Below, piece after piece: positions 18,182-27,119 of a stretch of DNA of 64,000 bases (positions within the stretch are counted from its first letter, which is position 1; the number at the start of each line of letters is the position of its first letter). The notes under the pieces are model-generated. The model saw only the letters and a program-made list of their open reading frames with translations, was not told the DNA's origin and made no database searches. The stretch is from positions 15,681 to 79,680 of the forward strand of contig JAFXLD010000043.1 of NCBI GenBank assembly GCA_017531385.1, written 5' to 3'. This DNA comes from Clostridia bacterium (lineage in GTDB: Bacteria; Bacillota; Clostridia; Oscillospirales; Acutalibacteraceae). A program made the position numbers and the translations under genes.

Positions 18182-18221
18182 AAGGCATCTCCGTATTCCG
18201 TGAGATGCTTTTTGTTTTTTT
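18182..18221 (+). terminator. Leader terminator
   Basis: AAGGCAUCUC-loop-GAGAUGCUU followed by UUUGUUUUUUU. The SD (AAGGTG) and ATG of the first gene follow immediately. Confidence 0.7.
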
Positions 18222-18233
18222 AAGGTGTTTAAT

Positions 18234-18719
18234 ATGAAAAAAATTATAATAATCGGCTGTCCGGGCAGCGGAAAAAGTACATTTGCCCGTAGTTTGCATG
18301 AAAAAACAGGCATACCGCTGTATTATCTCGATATTCTGAAATGGAATGCGGATAAAACTACTGTTTCAAAAGAAGTATTCCTACATAGACTTAATAATGT
18401 TTTATCAGAGAGCGAATGGATAATTGACGGAAATTATGCATCTACAATGGAACTGAGAGTGTCAATGTGTGACACTGTTTTCTTTCTTGATTATGACCTT
18501 GATGTTTGCCTTTCTGGCATAAAAGAACGACAGGGGAAAACCCGCCCTGATATGCCGTGGGTTGAAACAGAAGATGATGAAGAATTTATAGAATTTATAA
18601 GGAATTATAATACTCTGAATCGTCCGAAAGTTCTGGAAATATTAAAGAATAACAGAGATAAAGATATATTTGTTTTTAAAAACAGAGATGAAGCAGAATT
18701 ATATTTAAAAATGAGGTAA
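18234..18719 (+). CDS. P-loop NTPase, adenylate-kinase-like / topology-modulation (FlaR)-like small kinase
   Basis: 161 aa from MKKIIIIGCPGSGKSTFARSL (Walker A at the N-terminus, NMP-kinase-like size). SD AAGGTG lies 6 nt upstream. Confidence 0.7.
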   Translation: MKKIIIIGCPGSGKSTFARSLHEKTGIPLYYLDILKWNADKTTVSKEVFLHRLNNVLSESEWIIDGNYASTMELRVSMCDTVFFLDYDLDVCLSGIKERQGKTRPDMPWVETEDDEEFIEFIRNYNTLNRPKVLEILKNNRDKDIFVFKNRDEAELYLKMR

Positions 18720-18725
18720 CGTATT

Positions 18726-21017
18726 GTGATAAAAAGTCATATTGAATTCAAAAACGGAAAACCTTTTATAAACATTGACGGTGAACTTCATTCACCACTT
18801 GCATACACAACATATTTTGAGGAATGCGGTGAATTTTCTGATTTTATCAGAAGCGGTTACAGGATGTTTTTTGTGAATGTTTCCTTTACGGATCTTGCAA
18901 TAAACAATGTTTCGTTTTTTTCACCGTTCCTGACAGGTGTTTTTGAGGGTGATGCTCCTGATTATAATGAATTTGACGGTATTGTCAGAGAAATTTTATC
19001 TGAATGTCCCGATGCATTGATTTTTCCCAGAATCAACATTGCTATGCCCCGCAATTGGATTGAAAAAAACATATCAGAATGCGTTGAAACACCGTCAGGG
19101 TTGAGAGAGTCGCTCTGTTCCGAAAATTTCCTTTATGACGGTGCAGAGCTTCTGAAAGAGCTTGTTTCGCATATCCGATCTGCTGATTATTGTAACAGAA
19201 TTGCAGGATATCAGATATGCGGCGGTACAACACAGGAATGGATGCATCACGATATGGCAGGTTCGTTTTCTGAAAAGAGTTTCGATAAATTCCGTCTGTG
19301 GATGAAAGAAAAATACAATATAAATGATGTTCAAGAAATCACAAAAGATGACTTGTTTAGAGAAGGTCTTGATGAAACTGTCAGCCGATATTGGGAATTC
19401 TGCTGCAAATCGGCTTCACATGCCGTTGAGCACTTCTGTAAGGTGCTGAAAGACTACATAAATAATGAACAGGTCGCAGGTGTTTTCTACGGATATAATG
19501 CTTTTGTAAACGACCCTCTTCTCGGGCTTCTGGGTCTCAGACACATTATTGATTCACCCTATATCGACTTTTTCTCGTCGCCTTGTTGCTATGACGGAAA
19601 CAGAAAACTCGGCATTGACTGGGGTGATATGCTTCCTGCTGAAACCGTAAAAAATCACGGAAAACTTTATTTTGTGGAGTGTGATATAAGAACATACCTC
19701 ACACGAAGAATGCAGGATTCCCGTCCCGGTCGATATCCTGATAACATCCTCACTCTCACAGATGCTGAGGGGAATAAAACTGTGTGGTGCGGTCCCGAAA
19801 CAAAAGAACTTTCGCTTTCTGCTATCCGTAAAGCATTCGCACATCAGCTCACAAAAGGCTCAGGAATTTGGTGGTTTGATATGTGGGGCGGTTGGTATCA
19901 CGATGATGAAATTATGGCTGAAATGAAGAAAATGAAAGAGATTGCAGAGTCTTCAACAGAAAAAGATTCTGAGCATTTCCCACAGGCACAGACAGTTGTT
20001 TTTATTGATGAAAAAGCATATTTCAATAATCCCAGAGGCAGTCACTATTGTCATTGCGTAAATATCACAAGAGTTGCGATGGGTAATACGGGCATTCCTT
20101 TTGACACATGCATGACGGAAGATGCAGAGAAAGTGCTTCATAAATATAAAGCTGCAATTTTTACGGCTCCGTTGCCGTCAGAAAGCGGCAGAAAAGCCCT
20201 TGAAATGTGCAGAAAAATGAATATTCCGTATATTCAGGCAGATACCGAAAAATCATGGTTTACAACCGATGAATTGCGTGATTTACTTGTATCAAAGGGT
20301 GTTCATTGCTATAATTCCGACGGAAATGTAGTGTATTGCGGTGGTGGTTTTATCGGTATTCACACTGTAAATGACGGCATTGTTGATATTTCACTCCCTG
20401 AAATATACAGAGTCAGACAACTTCTCGGAACAGGTTATGCAGAGCGTGAAACGGACAAAATTTCACTGTATATGAAAACACATGATACCATTTTATTTGA
20501 GTTATACAGAAATGAACTCTGGGATATTTATGACATCAACCGCAATAAAACAGGCAGAACAGTCGAGCGTGGCAAACCGATGTCGCAGGATGAATACCAT
20601 ATAGTTGTTAATGTGTGGATTAAGAATTCGGACGGCAGATGGCTTATTTCAAAACGCTCACCGAACAAGCATTACGGTAATCTGTGGGAATGTTGCGGAG
20701 GGTCTGCTGTTTCAGGAGAAGACAGTCTTACTTCTGCTATACGTGAAGCAACAGAAGAACTCGGCATTGAGCTAAAACCTGACAACGGACACCTTTTTAC
20801 ATCTGCAATCCGTCAGTACAGAACTTTTCCCGATTTTCTTGATGTTTGGGTATTCAATCAGGATGTTGATATAAATACAGTTGTTCTGCAAGAGGAAGAA
20901 ACCTGCGATGCAAAATGGGCAACAAGTGAAGAAATTCTTACTATGGCAGAAAACGGTGAATTTATACCTCTGACAGTTTTCCCTTATCTTGAAAAACTGT
21001 TTGAAAGTGAGAGTTGA
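18726..21017 (+). CDS. Fusion protein: N-terminal glycoside-hydrolase-like (GH42/GH35-type TIM-barrel-like) region plus C-terminal Nudix hydrolase
   Basis: 763 aa with a GTG start behind GAGGT. The N-terminal ~600 aa loosely follows the GH42 layout (...PRNWIEKN...IAGYQICGGTTQEWMHH...FDKFRLWMKEKYN...). This part of the assignment is tentative. The C-terminal ~165 aa has a canonical Nudix box GSAVSGEDSLTSAIREATEELGI (about 20697-20768). Confidence 0.65.
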   Translation: MIKSHIEFKNGKPFINIDGELHSPLAYTTYFEECGEFSDFIRSGYRMFFVNVSFTDLAINNVSFFSPFLTGVFEGDAPDYNEFDGIVREILSECPDALIFPRINIAMPRNWIEKNISECVETPSGLRESLCSENFLYDGAELLKELVSHIRSADYCNRIAGYQICGGTTQEWMHHDMAGSFSEKSFDKFRLWMKEKYNINDVQEITKDDLFREGLDETVSRYWEFCCKSASHAVEHFCKVLKDYINNEQVAGVFYGYNAFVNDPLLGLLGLRHIIDSPYIDFFSSPCCYDGNRKLGIDWGDMLPAETVKNHGKLYFVECDIRTYLTRRMQDSRPGRYPDNILTLTDAEGNKTVWCGPETKELSLSAIRKAFAHQLTKGSGIWWFDMWGGWYHDDEIMAEMKKMKEIAESSTEKDSEHFPQAQTVVFIDEKAYFNNPRGSHYCHCVNITRVAMGNTGIPFDTCMTEDAEKVLHKYKAAIFTAPLPSESGRKALEMCRKMNIPYIQADTEKSWFTTDELRDLLVSKGVHCYNSDGNVVYCGGGFIGIHTVNDGIVDISLPEIYRVRQLLGTGYAERETDKISLYMKTHDTILFELYRNELWDIYDINRNKTGRTVERGKPMSQDEYHIVVNVWIKNSDGRWLISKRSPNKHYGNLWECCGGSAVSGEDSLTSAIREATEELGIELKPDNGHLFTSAIRQYRTFPDFLDVWVFNQDVDINTVVLQEEETCDAKWATSEEILTMAENGEFIPLTVFPYLEKLFESES

Positions 21018-21020
21018 TGT

Positions 21021-21932
21021 ATGAGCACTGAATTAATAAAACCCATTGTTGAAAAGATAATGAATACCGAGGTTAAAAGAATCCGTGCTATAGGTAAAGG
21101 TGCAAGCGGAAGTGTTTATCTTACCAAAATCTCAACCGAGCCTTTTGAAATCGCCGTCAAAACGAGCAAGTATTATGATGCCGTTTGCAAGGAACGTGCA
21201 ATGCTTGATTTTCTTTCGCCTAAGGTTTCATACAAAGTTCCGAAAACTTATTTCATACACAGAGAAAATGACACAGTATTTCTGGGAATGGATTACATCA
21301 AAGGCATGAGCGGTAAAAGTAAATATATAAACTTTATTCCGTCAAGAAAGCGGCTCAGGAACAGCATTATTGATGCTCTTATGAATGCACAAAGCGTGCA
21401 TAACGAGAAATTCGGTAAATATGATAATCCTGTTTATGACACCTGGGCTGAGTATTATAAAGATTATTTCGTTGATATTTACACCTTTACCAAAGCAAAG
21501 TTTGAGAAAAACGAGATTGAAGCCGAGATTATGGAAGCTGTTGAACTTATCAAAAAGAATTTCGATGAAATATTCAACGATACAAACAACACGGCATGTC
21601 TGTGTCATGGTGATTTCTGGATGCCGAATCTGATTATAGATTTTTGGAAATCCGAACTTGCAGGAGCAGTTGACCCGTTTGACATGCTGTGGGCAGAATC
21701 TGAATATGAACTCTTCTGCCTGACACTCGGATTCGGTGAAAAACTGAAACTCTATGATGAATATAAAAGAAGAAATCTGACTTCAAGATACTGTGATTTA
21801 AAGGTTGAAATGTATGCTCTGTGTAACGAACTGAACTGGTATATTCTTTTAGGGGAAATGGGACATGATTATCTTTTGTTCCGTGCAAAAAGACTTATAA
21901 AGATTATGAAAGAAATGGGATTGGAGCAATGA
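21021..21932 (+). CDS. Phosphotransferase-family kinase (APH/fructosamine-kinase-like fold)
   Basis: 303 aa with Gly-rich loop IGKGASGSVY, catalytic-loop motif HGDFWMPNL (HxDxxxxN), and downstream VDPFD. Confidence 0.7.
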   Translation: MSTELIKPIVEKIMNTEVKRIRAIGKGASGSVYLTKISTEPFEIAVKTSKYYDAVCKERAMLDFLSPKVSYKVPKTYFIHRENDTVFLGMDYIKGMSGKSKYINFIPSRKRLRNSIIDALMNAQSVHNEKFGKYDNPVYDTWAEYYKDYFVDIYTFTKAKFEKNEIEAEIMEAVELIKKNFDEIFNDTNNTACLCHGDFWMPNLIIDFWKSELAGAVDPFDMLWAESEYELFCLTLGFGEKLKLYDEYKRRNLTSRYCDLKVEMYALCNELNWYILLGEMGHDYLLFRAKRLIKIMKEMGLEQ

Positions 21933-22801
21933 TGGAGTTTATATCAAAAGAACCCATAAATAAAGGTTGGTCGTGTGACAAGAAATACTGTGTCACAACT
22001 GTTGATGGCACAAAATATCTTTTGCGTGTTACTCCTTTTGAAAAGAGTGCAAACCGTAAAAATATGTACTTAATGCAAAAAGAGGTTGAAAAACTCGGTG
22101 TCCCTATGTGCAAGCCTGTTGATTTCGGCAAGTGTGACGAAGGTGTTTATACTTTACAAACCTGGATTGACGGTAGGGATGCAGAAGAGGTTGTGCCTTT
22201 TCTTGCAGATTCAGAACAGTATGCACTGGGTCTGCAAGCAGGCAGAATTTTAAAGAAAATTCACTCGATTCCTGCTCCCGTGTATCAACCTGATTGGGAA
22301 GAGCGATTCAATAAGAAAATGGACAGAAAAATTCAGATGTATAATGACTGTCCCATAAAATTCGATGGTGCTGAACATATCATTGATTACATAGAGTCTA
22401 ACCGACATTTACTGAAAAACAGACCGCAAGCTTATCAGCACGGAGATTATCATATAGGTAACATGATGATAGAAAACGGAAAAATCGTAATCATAGATTT
22501 TGACCGTTTTGATTTCGGTGACCCATGGGAAGAATTCAACCGTATTGTGTGGTGTGCTCAGTCTGCTCCCGTTTTTGCATCAGGTATTGTCAATGGCTAT
22601 TTTGACGGCGAAGTACCTATGGATTTTTGGAAACTTCTTGCACTTTATATCAGTAGTAATATGCTTTCATCAATCCCGTGGGCAATTCCTTTCGGTGACG
22701 GTGAAGTTCAGACAATGCTGAATCAGGCAAAAGATGTTCTTAAGTGGTACGACAATATGCTCAATCCCGTGCCGACTTGGTACACAAATAATAAAAACTG
22801 A
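21929..22801 (+). CDS. Phosphotransferase-family kinase (aminoglycoside-phosphotransferase-like fold)
   Basis: 290 aa with HGDYHIGNMM (HxDxxxxN) and IIDFDRFDFGD. Its start overlaps the upstream stop (ATGA). Confidence 0.72.
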   Translation: MMEFISKEPINKGWSCDKKYCVTTVDGTKYLLRVTPFEKSANRKNMYLMQKEVEKLGVPMCKPVDFGKCDEGVYTLQTWIDGRDAEEVVPFLADSEQYALGLQAGRILKKIHSIPAPVYQPDWEERFNKKMDRKIQMYNDCPIKFDGAEHIIDYIESNRHLLKNRPQAYQHGDYHIGNMMIENGKIVIIDFDRFDFGDPWEEFNRIVWCAQSAPVFASGIVNGYFDGEVPMDFWKLLALYISSNMLSSIPWAIPFGDGEVQTMLNQAKDVLKWYDNMLNPVPTWYTNNKN

Positions 22802-22912
22802 ACAAATAATTCTTAAAACATTATTTCAAATAAATCTTGTCTTTTTCATATGCTTTATGCTAATATATAGAAAAACATAAATGTTTTTCAACCCTTACAC
22901 GGAGGTTTTACT

Positions 22913-24586
22913 ATGAGTATTTTAAAAACAGTAATTTCACTTCTTATGTCGTTTTTTATGCTTATCACAAACAGCATTACGGCTATTATTCCGGGCAATC
23001 TGCCTGAAACAAAGTCTGAAAAAGAACTGCTCAGAATGTCGGATATTTTCGATAAATATTCTCTTGCAGAGGAGATTTATGTTGTCAGAGGTGGGATTAC
23101 AAAGGATGAACTTGCGGCAATCCAGTCACTTCAGGGACTGGTAAGCAGAGACAAAGCGACCATTTTTATTAACTACGGCGTTGACTCAAAGACTGAACTT
23201 GAAGAGCTTAAAAATGCCGGTCACAAGCTCGTTTATACCGATGAAAACGGCGCAAACTGGACACTTAAAAACCTTGTGCCCCGTTTCGCATCTTACATAA
23301 AAGACAACGGATATGTTCTGTTCAAAGATTCCGACACTACCGAACAGATAAATATGGCTTTTAATTATTCAACTGTTTTCGGTTGGCTCGCAGTGCCTGC
23401 ATCTGCTGAAAGCATTGTAAAAGAGCTCGGGCTGAAAAAAATTGAAGATCTTACGGATGATGTAATCACAATTTCCTGTCAGCGTGATTTTTATGAAAAA
23501 TACAAGGACGAATTCAGAAAAGATTCTCTGGTTCACCTTTACGCAGAGGCCTCGGGACTTCGTGATTTCGCCATTCAGCAGAAAATTTTCATCACATTTG
23601 CAAAAGATGATGATTACATTGCCCGTGCATTCCGTGAGGAATTGCTTAAAGACCTTGAACCTGCTTCAGTTATTCTCGGCTGGTGTCAGTATGAGGTTCA
23701 GTATACAGAAGCTGTTTCAGCATTCGGTCATTATGTTGTGCCGTCAGATCACAGCTTCAACATGAGTATACTCAACTGCCTTGATCTTGGTGAAATCAAA
23801 CTCGGCAGCGAAACTCAGGCACCTGAGCTTGACCCCACAAAGCATTATGTGGCAATCGTATACAGTGACGGTGACAACGCACAGTGGATATCAAATGGTT
23901 TCAGAGAATTCCACACGTGGCAGACATTCGATATCGACACTCCGATAACATGGACATTTGCTCCTCTTATGAATGAATTTTCACCCGTTGCAGTAAAGAA
24001 AGCAACAGAAAATGTTGGCGATGATTCATTTATTACAGGTCCTTCGGGTGTAGGTTATGCGAGAATTTCAAAAATGTCTGCAGAAGAGCTTGAAAGCTAC
24101 TCTGATCTGACAGCCGCAATAATGCTGAAAACAGGCTTAACCACAATAACACTTCTTGATGAACCTCTTAATCTTCCCCAAAATGTATTTATTAACAAGC
24201 TCAGCTATTTTGCAAGATATGATAACATAAACGGCGGTATTCTGCAGATTGACCCCTCAAGATATGAAGGCGGTAAGGGCAAAGTTTTCTTTGCAGGTGA
24301 CAAACCCTTCGTCAGTGTCCGTTTGTCACTCTGGCACCCCTCGGGCAATGCCGATGAAGTGACACAGGAATGGCTGAAAGAACAGGCAGACATTGTCAAC
24401 AGCTACCCTGCTGATATAAATTCAATTAATGGTTATTCGGTAATAAATGTTCATCCATGGACTGTAGGTCCCGATGATTTAGCATATTTCGTCAGTCAGC
24501 TTGATGACGGTGTTGAAGTGATTTCCGCAGATGAACTTATATCTGCAATAACACAGAACGTTCCTCACAAAACAGCAGAACCCTGA
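22913..24586 (+). CDS. Membrane-anchored/secreted protein, GxGYxYP-family putative glycoside hydrolase (tentative)
   Basis: 557 aa with an N-terminal hydrophobic anchor MSILKTVISLLMSFFMLITNSITAI. The segment GPSGVGYARI resembles the GxGYxYP motif. The family call is from memory only. Confidence 0.5.
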   Translation: MSILKTVISLLMSFFMLITNSITAIIPGNLPETKSEKELLRMSDIFDKYSLAEEIYVVRGGITKDELAAIQSLQGLVSRDKATIFINYGVDSKTELEELKNAGHKLVYTDENGANWTLKNLVPRFASYIKDNGYVLFKDSDTTEQINMAFNYSTVFGWLAVPASAESIVKELGLKKIEDLTDDVITISCQRDFYEKYKDEFRKDSLVHLYAEASGLRDFAIQQKIFITFAKDDDYIARAFREELLKDLEPASVILGWCQYEVQYTEAVSAFGHYVVPSDHSFNMSILNCLDLGEIKLGSETQAPELDPTKHYVAIVYSDGDNAQWISNGFREFHTWQTFDIDTPITWTFAPLMNEFSPVAVKKATENVGDDSFITGPSGVGYARISKMSAEELESYSDLTAAIMLKTGLTTITLLDEPLNLPQNVFINKLSYFARYDNINGGILQIDPSRYEGGKGKVFFAGDKPFVSVRLSLWHPSGNADEVTQEWLKEQADIVNSYPADINSINGYSVINVHPWTVGPDDLAYFVSQLDDGVEVISADELISAITQNVPHKTAEP

Positions 24587-24600
24587 TTAACAGACGCAAC

Positions 24601-24632
24601 AACGGACTCAGAATTTTTCTGAGTCCGTTTTC
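24601..24632 (+). terminator. Intrinsic terminator
   Basis: AACGGACTCAG-AATTTTT-CTGAGTCCGTT followed by TT (the T-run overlaps the 3' arm). Confidence 0.7.
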
Positions 24633-24649
24633 ATATGCTTTTATATTAA

Positions 24650-25276
24650 TCAGTAAAGTGACATAACTGCCTTTTCAATTTGTTCTGCTACTTTTTCAAC
24701 AGTTCCGTCGGCATTGATTACAACGATATTTTCTTTATCTTTAAGTGAATCAATCACATTATAAAATCTTTTGCGTATACTGGTAAGGTACTCTGTGTTT
24801 TCATATATTTCAATCTCATCTGCGTTTCTGTTTGCATTGATGCGCTCCATGCTCTTTTCAGGCAGAAGATCAAGAAAAATACAAAGGTCGGGTTTTCTGA
24901 TGTCCTCACAGTCAAGATTCAGGCTCATAAGCCAATCAAGCCCAACATCAACACCCTGATATGCAAGAGTTGAGTAATAATATCTGTCAGAAATGACAGT
25001 ATCACCCTTGCCTATGTGCATATTTATACCGTCTTCGGGATTGAGATTATGGTCGATTCTGTCAGCTGTAAAAAGCAATGCAAACTGGCTTTTTGTAACC
25101 CTTTTTCTGCCCGAAAGCACTTCACGGCACATTTTTCCGAACTCATGAGGTGTCGGCTCTGCCTGATTTATAACATTAATTCCCTTTGATTTAAGCTTTT
25201 CTGTTATGATATTTGTCTGAGTGGTTTTTCCTGAGCCGTCAAGGCCTTCAATAACAATAAATTTTCCTTTTTCCAT
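24650..25276 (-). CDS. tmk: Thymidylate kinase
   Basis: 208 aa, MEKGKFIVIEGLDGSGKTTQ...EPT...DRYYYSTLAYQ. Confidence 0.92.
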   Translation of the reverse strand: MEKGKFIVIEGLDGSGKTTQTNIITEKLKSKGINVINQAEPTPHEFGKMCREVLSGRKRVTKSQFALLFTADRIDHNLNPEDGINMHIGKGDTVISDRYYYSTLAYQGVDVGLDWLMSLNLDCEDIRKPDLCIFLDLLPEKSMERINANRNADEIEIYENTEYLTSIRKRFYNVIDSLKDKENIVVINADGTVEKVAEQIEKAVMSLY

Positions 25277-25280
25277 AGTT

Positions 25281-26144
25281 CTACCTCATTTTATAAAGCT
25301 CTTCGCTGAGTGTAAAAAGCTCTTCCATTGTAAGCTTTTCAGCTCTCACAGTTGTTTCAAGTCCTGCATTTGAAAGTGCTGAAAAAATCTTATCCTTAGC
25401 CATTCCGAGACCCGATGACAAACCGTTTGCTGCTGTTTTTCTTCTCTGTGAAAATGCGGCTTTTACAACACTGAAAAAGAATTTTTCATCTGTCGGAGCA
25501 AATTCGGGTTTTTCTCTGACAGTAAGCTTTATAACTTCACTGTCAACATTGGGAGAAGGCATAAATGACTCTCTGGGCACAAAGAAAAGCTCCTCTGCTT
25601 CGGAATAATAATTAACCGCAACGGAAACAGCTCCTGCATCTCTCGAACCGATTTCTGCACAAAGCCGCTCTCCTGCCTCTTTCTGCACCATAACGGTTAT
25701 TGCTGTCAGAGGCAGTCTGCTTTCAAGCAGCATCATTATAATCGGCGATGTGATATAATACGGCAGATTGGCAATGACATGAATATTCCTGCAATCCGAA
25801 AAACTTTCTTTAAAAAGTCTGTCAAGATCGGTTTTCATCACATCGGCATTGATGACTTCCACATTGGTAAAATCTTCAAGAGTGTCACCAAGCACGGGAA
25901 TAAGTCTTGTATCAAGTTCGAGTGATACGACTTTTTTTGCCTTTTTTGCAATTTCCTGAGTAAGCACACCCACACCGGGACCGATTTCAAGAACACCGTC
26001 TTCTTCGGTAATACCCGATTTTTCAACAATCATTGGACAGACATCGGCATCAATGATAAAATTCTGTCCCAATGCTTTTGAAAAGGTTACACCATGGCGT
26101 GACATTATGCGTTTAATTGTGTTTATATCTGTTAAATTATACAT
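25281..26144 (-). CDS. rsmA: 16S rRNA (adenine1518/1519-N6)-dimethyltransferase
   Basis: 287 aa, FSKALGQNFIID...VLEIGPGVGVLT...ANLPYYITSPI. Confidence 0.93.
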   Translation of the reverse strand: MYNLTDINTIKRIMSRHGVTFSKALGQNFIIDADVCPMIVEKSGITEEDGVLEIGPGVGVLTQEIAKKAKKVVSLELDTRLIPVLGDTLEDFTNVEVINADVMKTDLDRLFKESFSDCRNIHVIANLPYYITSPIIMMLLESRLPLTAITVMVQKEAGERLCAEIGSRDAGAVSVAVNYYSEAEELFFVPRESFMPSPNVDSEVIKLTVREKPEFAPTDEKFFFSVVKAAFSQRRKTAANGLSSGLGMAKDKIFSALSNAGLETTVRAEKLTMEELFTLSEELYKMR

Positions 26145-26146
26145 AA

Positions 26147-27115
26147 TTATATTCCTAATTTCTGCTGTCTGACATCTCTTCCTGCAAAGGTAAGAATGTT
26201 ATATTCACCGATGATTCTTGATGCAATTCGCTCGGAATATCTCTTCTGCAGCTCTGTAAGGTTTAAATTTGTGCTGATTATTGTCGGTTTTGATGTAAGC
26301 ATTCTTGTGTTGACGATATTATTGAATGTTGCAACCGTGAAACTTGTTGTAAATTCAGCTCCAAGGTCATCAAGAATGAGAAGATCACATTCAAGAAGCA
26401 TTTTTTCAGTTGTGCCGTCTGAGTCTGCCGATCTTCCGAAATGTTCTTTTTCCACATTGGAAAAAAGATTCTGCACAGAACCGTAAACCACACCGTAGCC
26501 TTTTTTCAGAACTTCACCTGCAATTGCCAGTGAAAGATGTGTTTTTCCGAGTCCTGTTTCACCCATCATCAGAATGCTGTATGAGTTAAGATCAAAGCTG
26601 TTTGCATAATTCAGACAGAATTCGTAATTACGGCTCATCAGGCTGTAATTTTCTTTTGTATTATTATAATATTCAAGGCTGAAATCGTCAAAAGTAGATA
26701 TTTTAAGGGGTGAACTTTTGCAGAGCTGTTCATAAGAAAGCTGCCTGAGAAGCTCAAGGTGGCATTTACACAGTTTGCCATCCTTGAAACCTGTATCGTT
26801 GCAAAGAGAACAGGTATACACCGGCTCAAGGTAATTTTCACCGTATCCCATATCAACAAGAAGACTTCTTATCCTTGCCTGGGCTTCAAGGTTTTCATTG
26901 CGAAGATTTTCTATATATTCCAGCGTTTTTTCACCCATACCTATGACCTTTACAAGACCGTAAGCTGATCTTCGCATTTTATCCTCAAGCTCTCGGATTT
27001 CCGGGCACTTCACTGTAATAGACATATGTCTGTCAGATGCTTCTGCCTCGGCTTTCATTCGTCTTTCGGCGATTTTTTCAGTTGCAAGGGCAAATAATTT
27101 TTCATTGTATGCCAT
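26147..27115 (-). CDS. dnaI: DnaI/DnaC-like helicase-loader AAA+ ATPase
   Basis: 322 aa from MAYNEKLF. It has a zinc-binding N-domain (CSLCNDTGF..KLCKCH), Walker A GETGLGKTHL and Walker B LLILDDLG. It sits directly downstream of a DnaD-domain gene. Confidence 0.8.
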   Translation of the reverse strand: MAYNEKLFALATEKIAERRMKAEAEASDRHMSITVKCPEIRELEDKMRRSAYGLVKVIGMGEKTLEYIENLRNENLEAQARIRSLLVDMGYGENYLEPVYTCSLCNDTGFKDGKLCKCHLELLRQLSYEQLCKSSPLKISTFDDFSLEYYNNTKENYSLMSRNYEFCLNYANSFDLNSYSILMMGETGLGKTHLSLAIAGEVLKKGYGVVYGSVQNLFSNVEKEHFGRSADSDGTTEKMLLECDLLILDDLGAEFTTSFTVATFNNIVNTRMLTSKPTIISTNLNLTELQKRYSERIASRIIGEYNILTFAGRDVRQQKLGI

Positions 27116-27119
27116 TATA

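Larger units (their letters stand above)
18076..18221 (+). promoter_or_regulatory. Unclassified structured 5' leader / attenuator
   Basis: About 150-nt leader. The helix GGACAAAA (18097-18104) / UUUUGUCC (18138-18145) encloses the hairpin UCCG-AAAU-CGGA. CGGAGA (18128-33) is complementary to UCUCCG (18188-93) inside the terminator 5' arm. An intrinsic terminator ends at 18221. I could not match it to any riboswitch class I know. Confidence 0.4.

Noticed and set aside
18056-18313. 85-aa minus-strand ORF across the 18-kb leader
   Set aside because: It lies antisense to the promoter, the leader and the start of the P-loop kinase gene. It has no SD and no recognisable domain.
21021-22801. Calling the two APH-fold genes acquired aminoglycoside resistance determinants
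   Set aside because: Only the generic kinase motifs (HxDxxxxN, DFD) are visible. There are no flanking mobile-element signatures, and the fold includes many metabolic kinases. They are kept as generic phosphotransferases.
26147-27115. IstB-like AAA ATPase as the helper gene of an IS21-type mobile element
   Set aside because: No transposase or inverted repeats are nearby. It has the zinc-binding N-domain of DnaI and sits directly after a DnaD-domain gene in a housekeeping operon.
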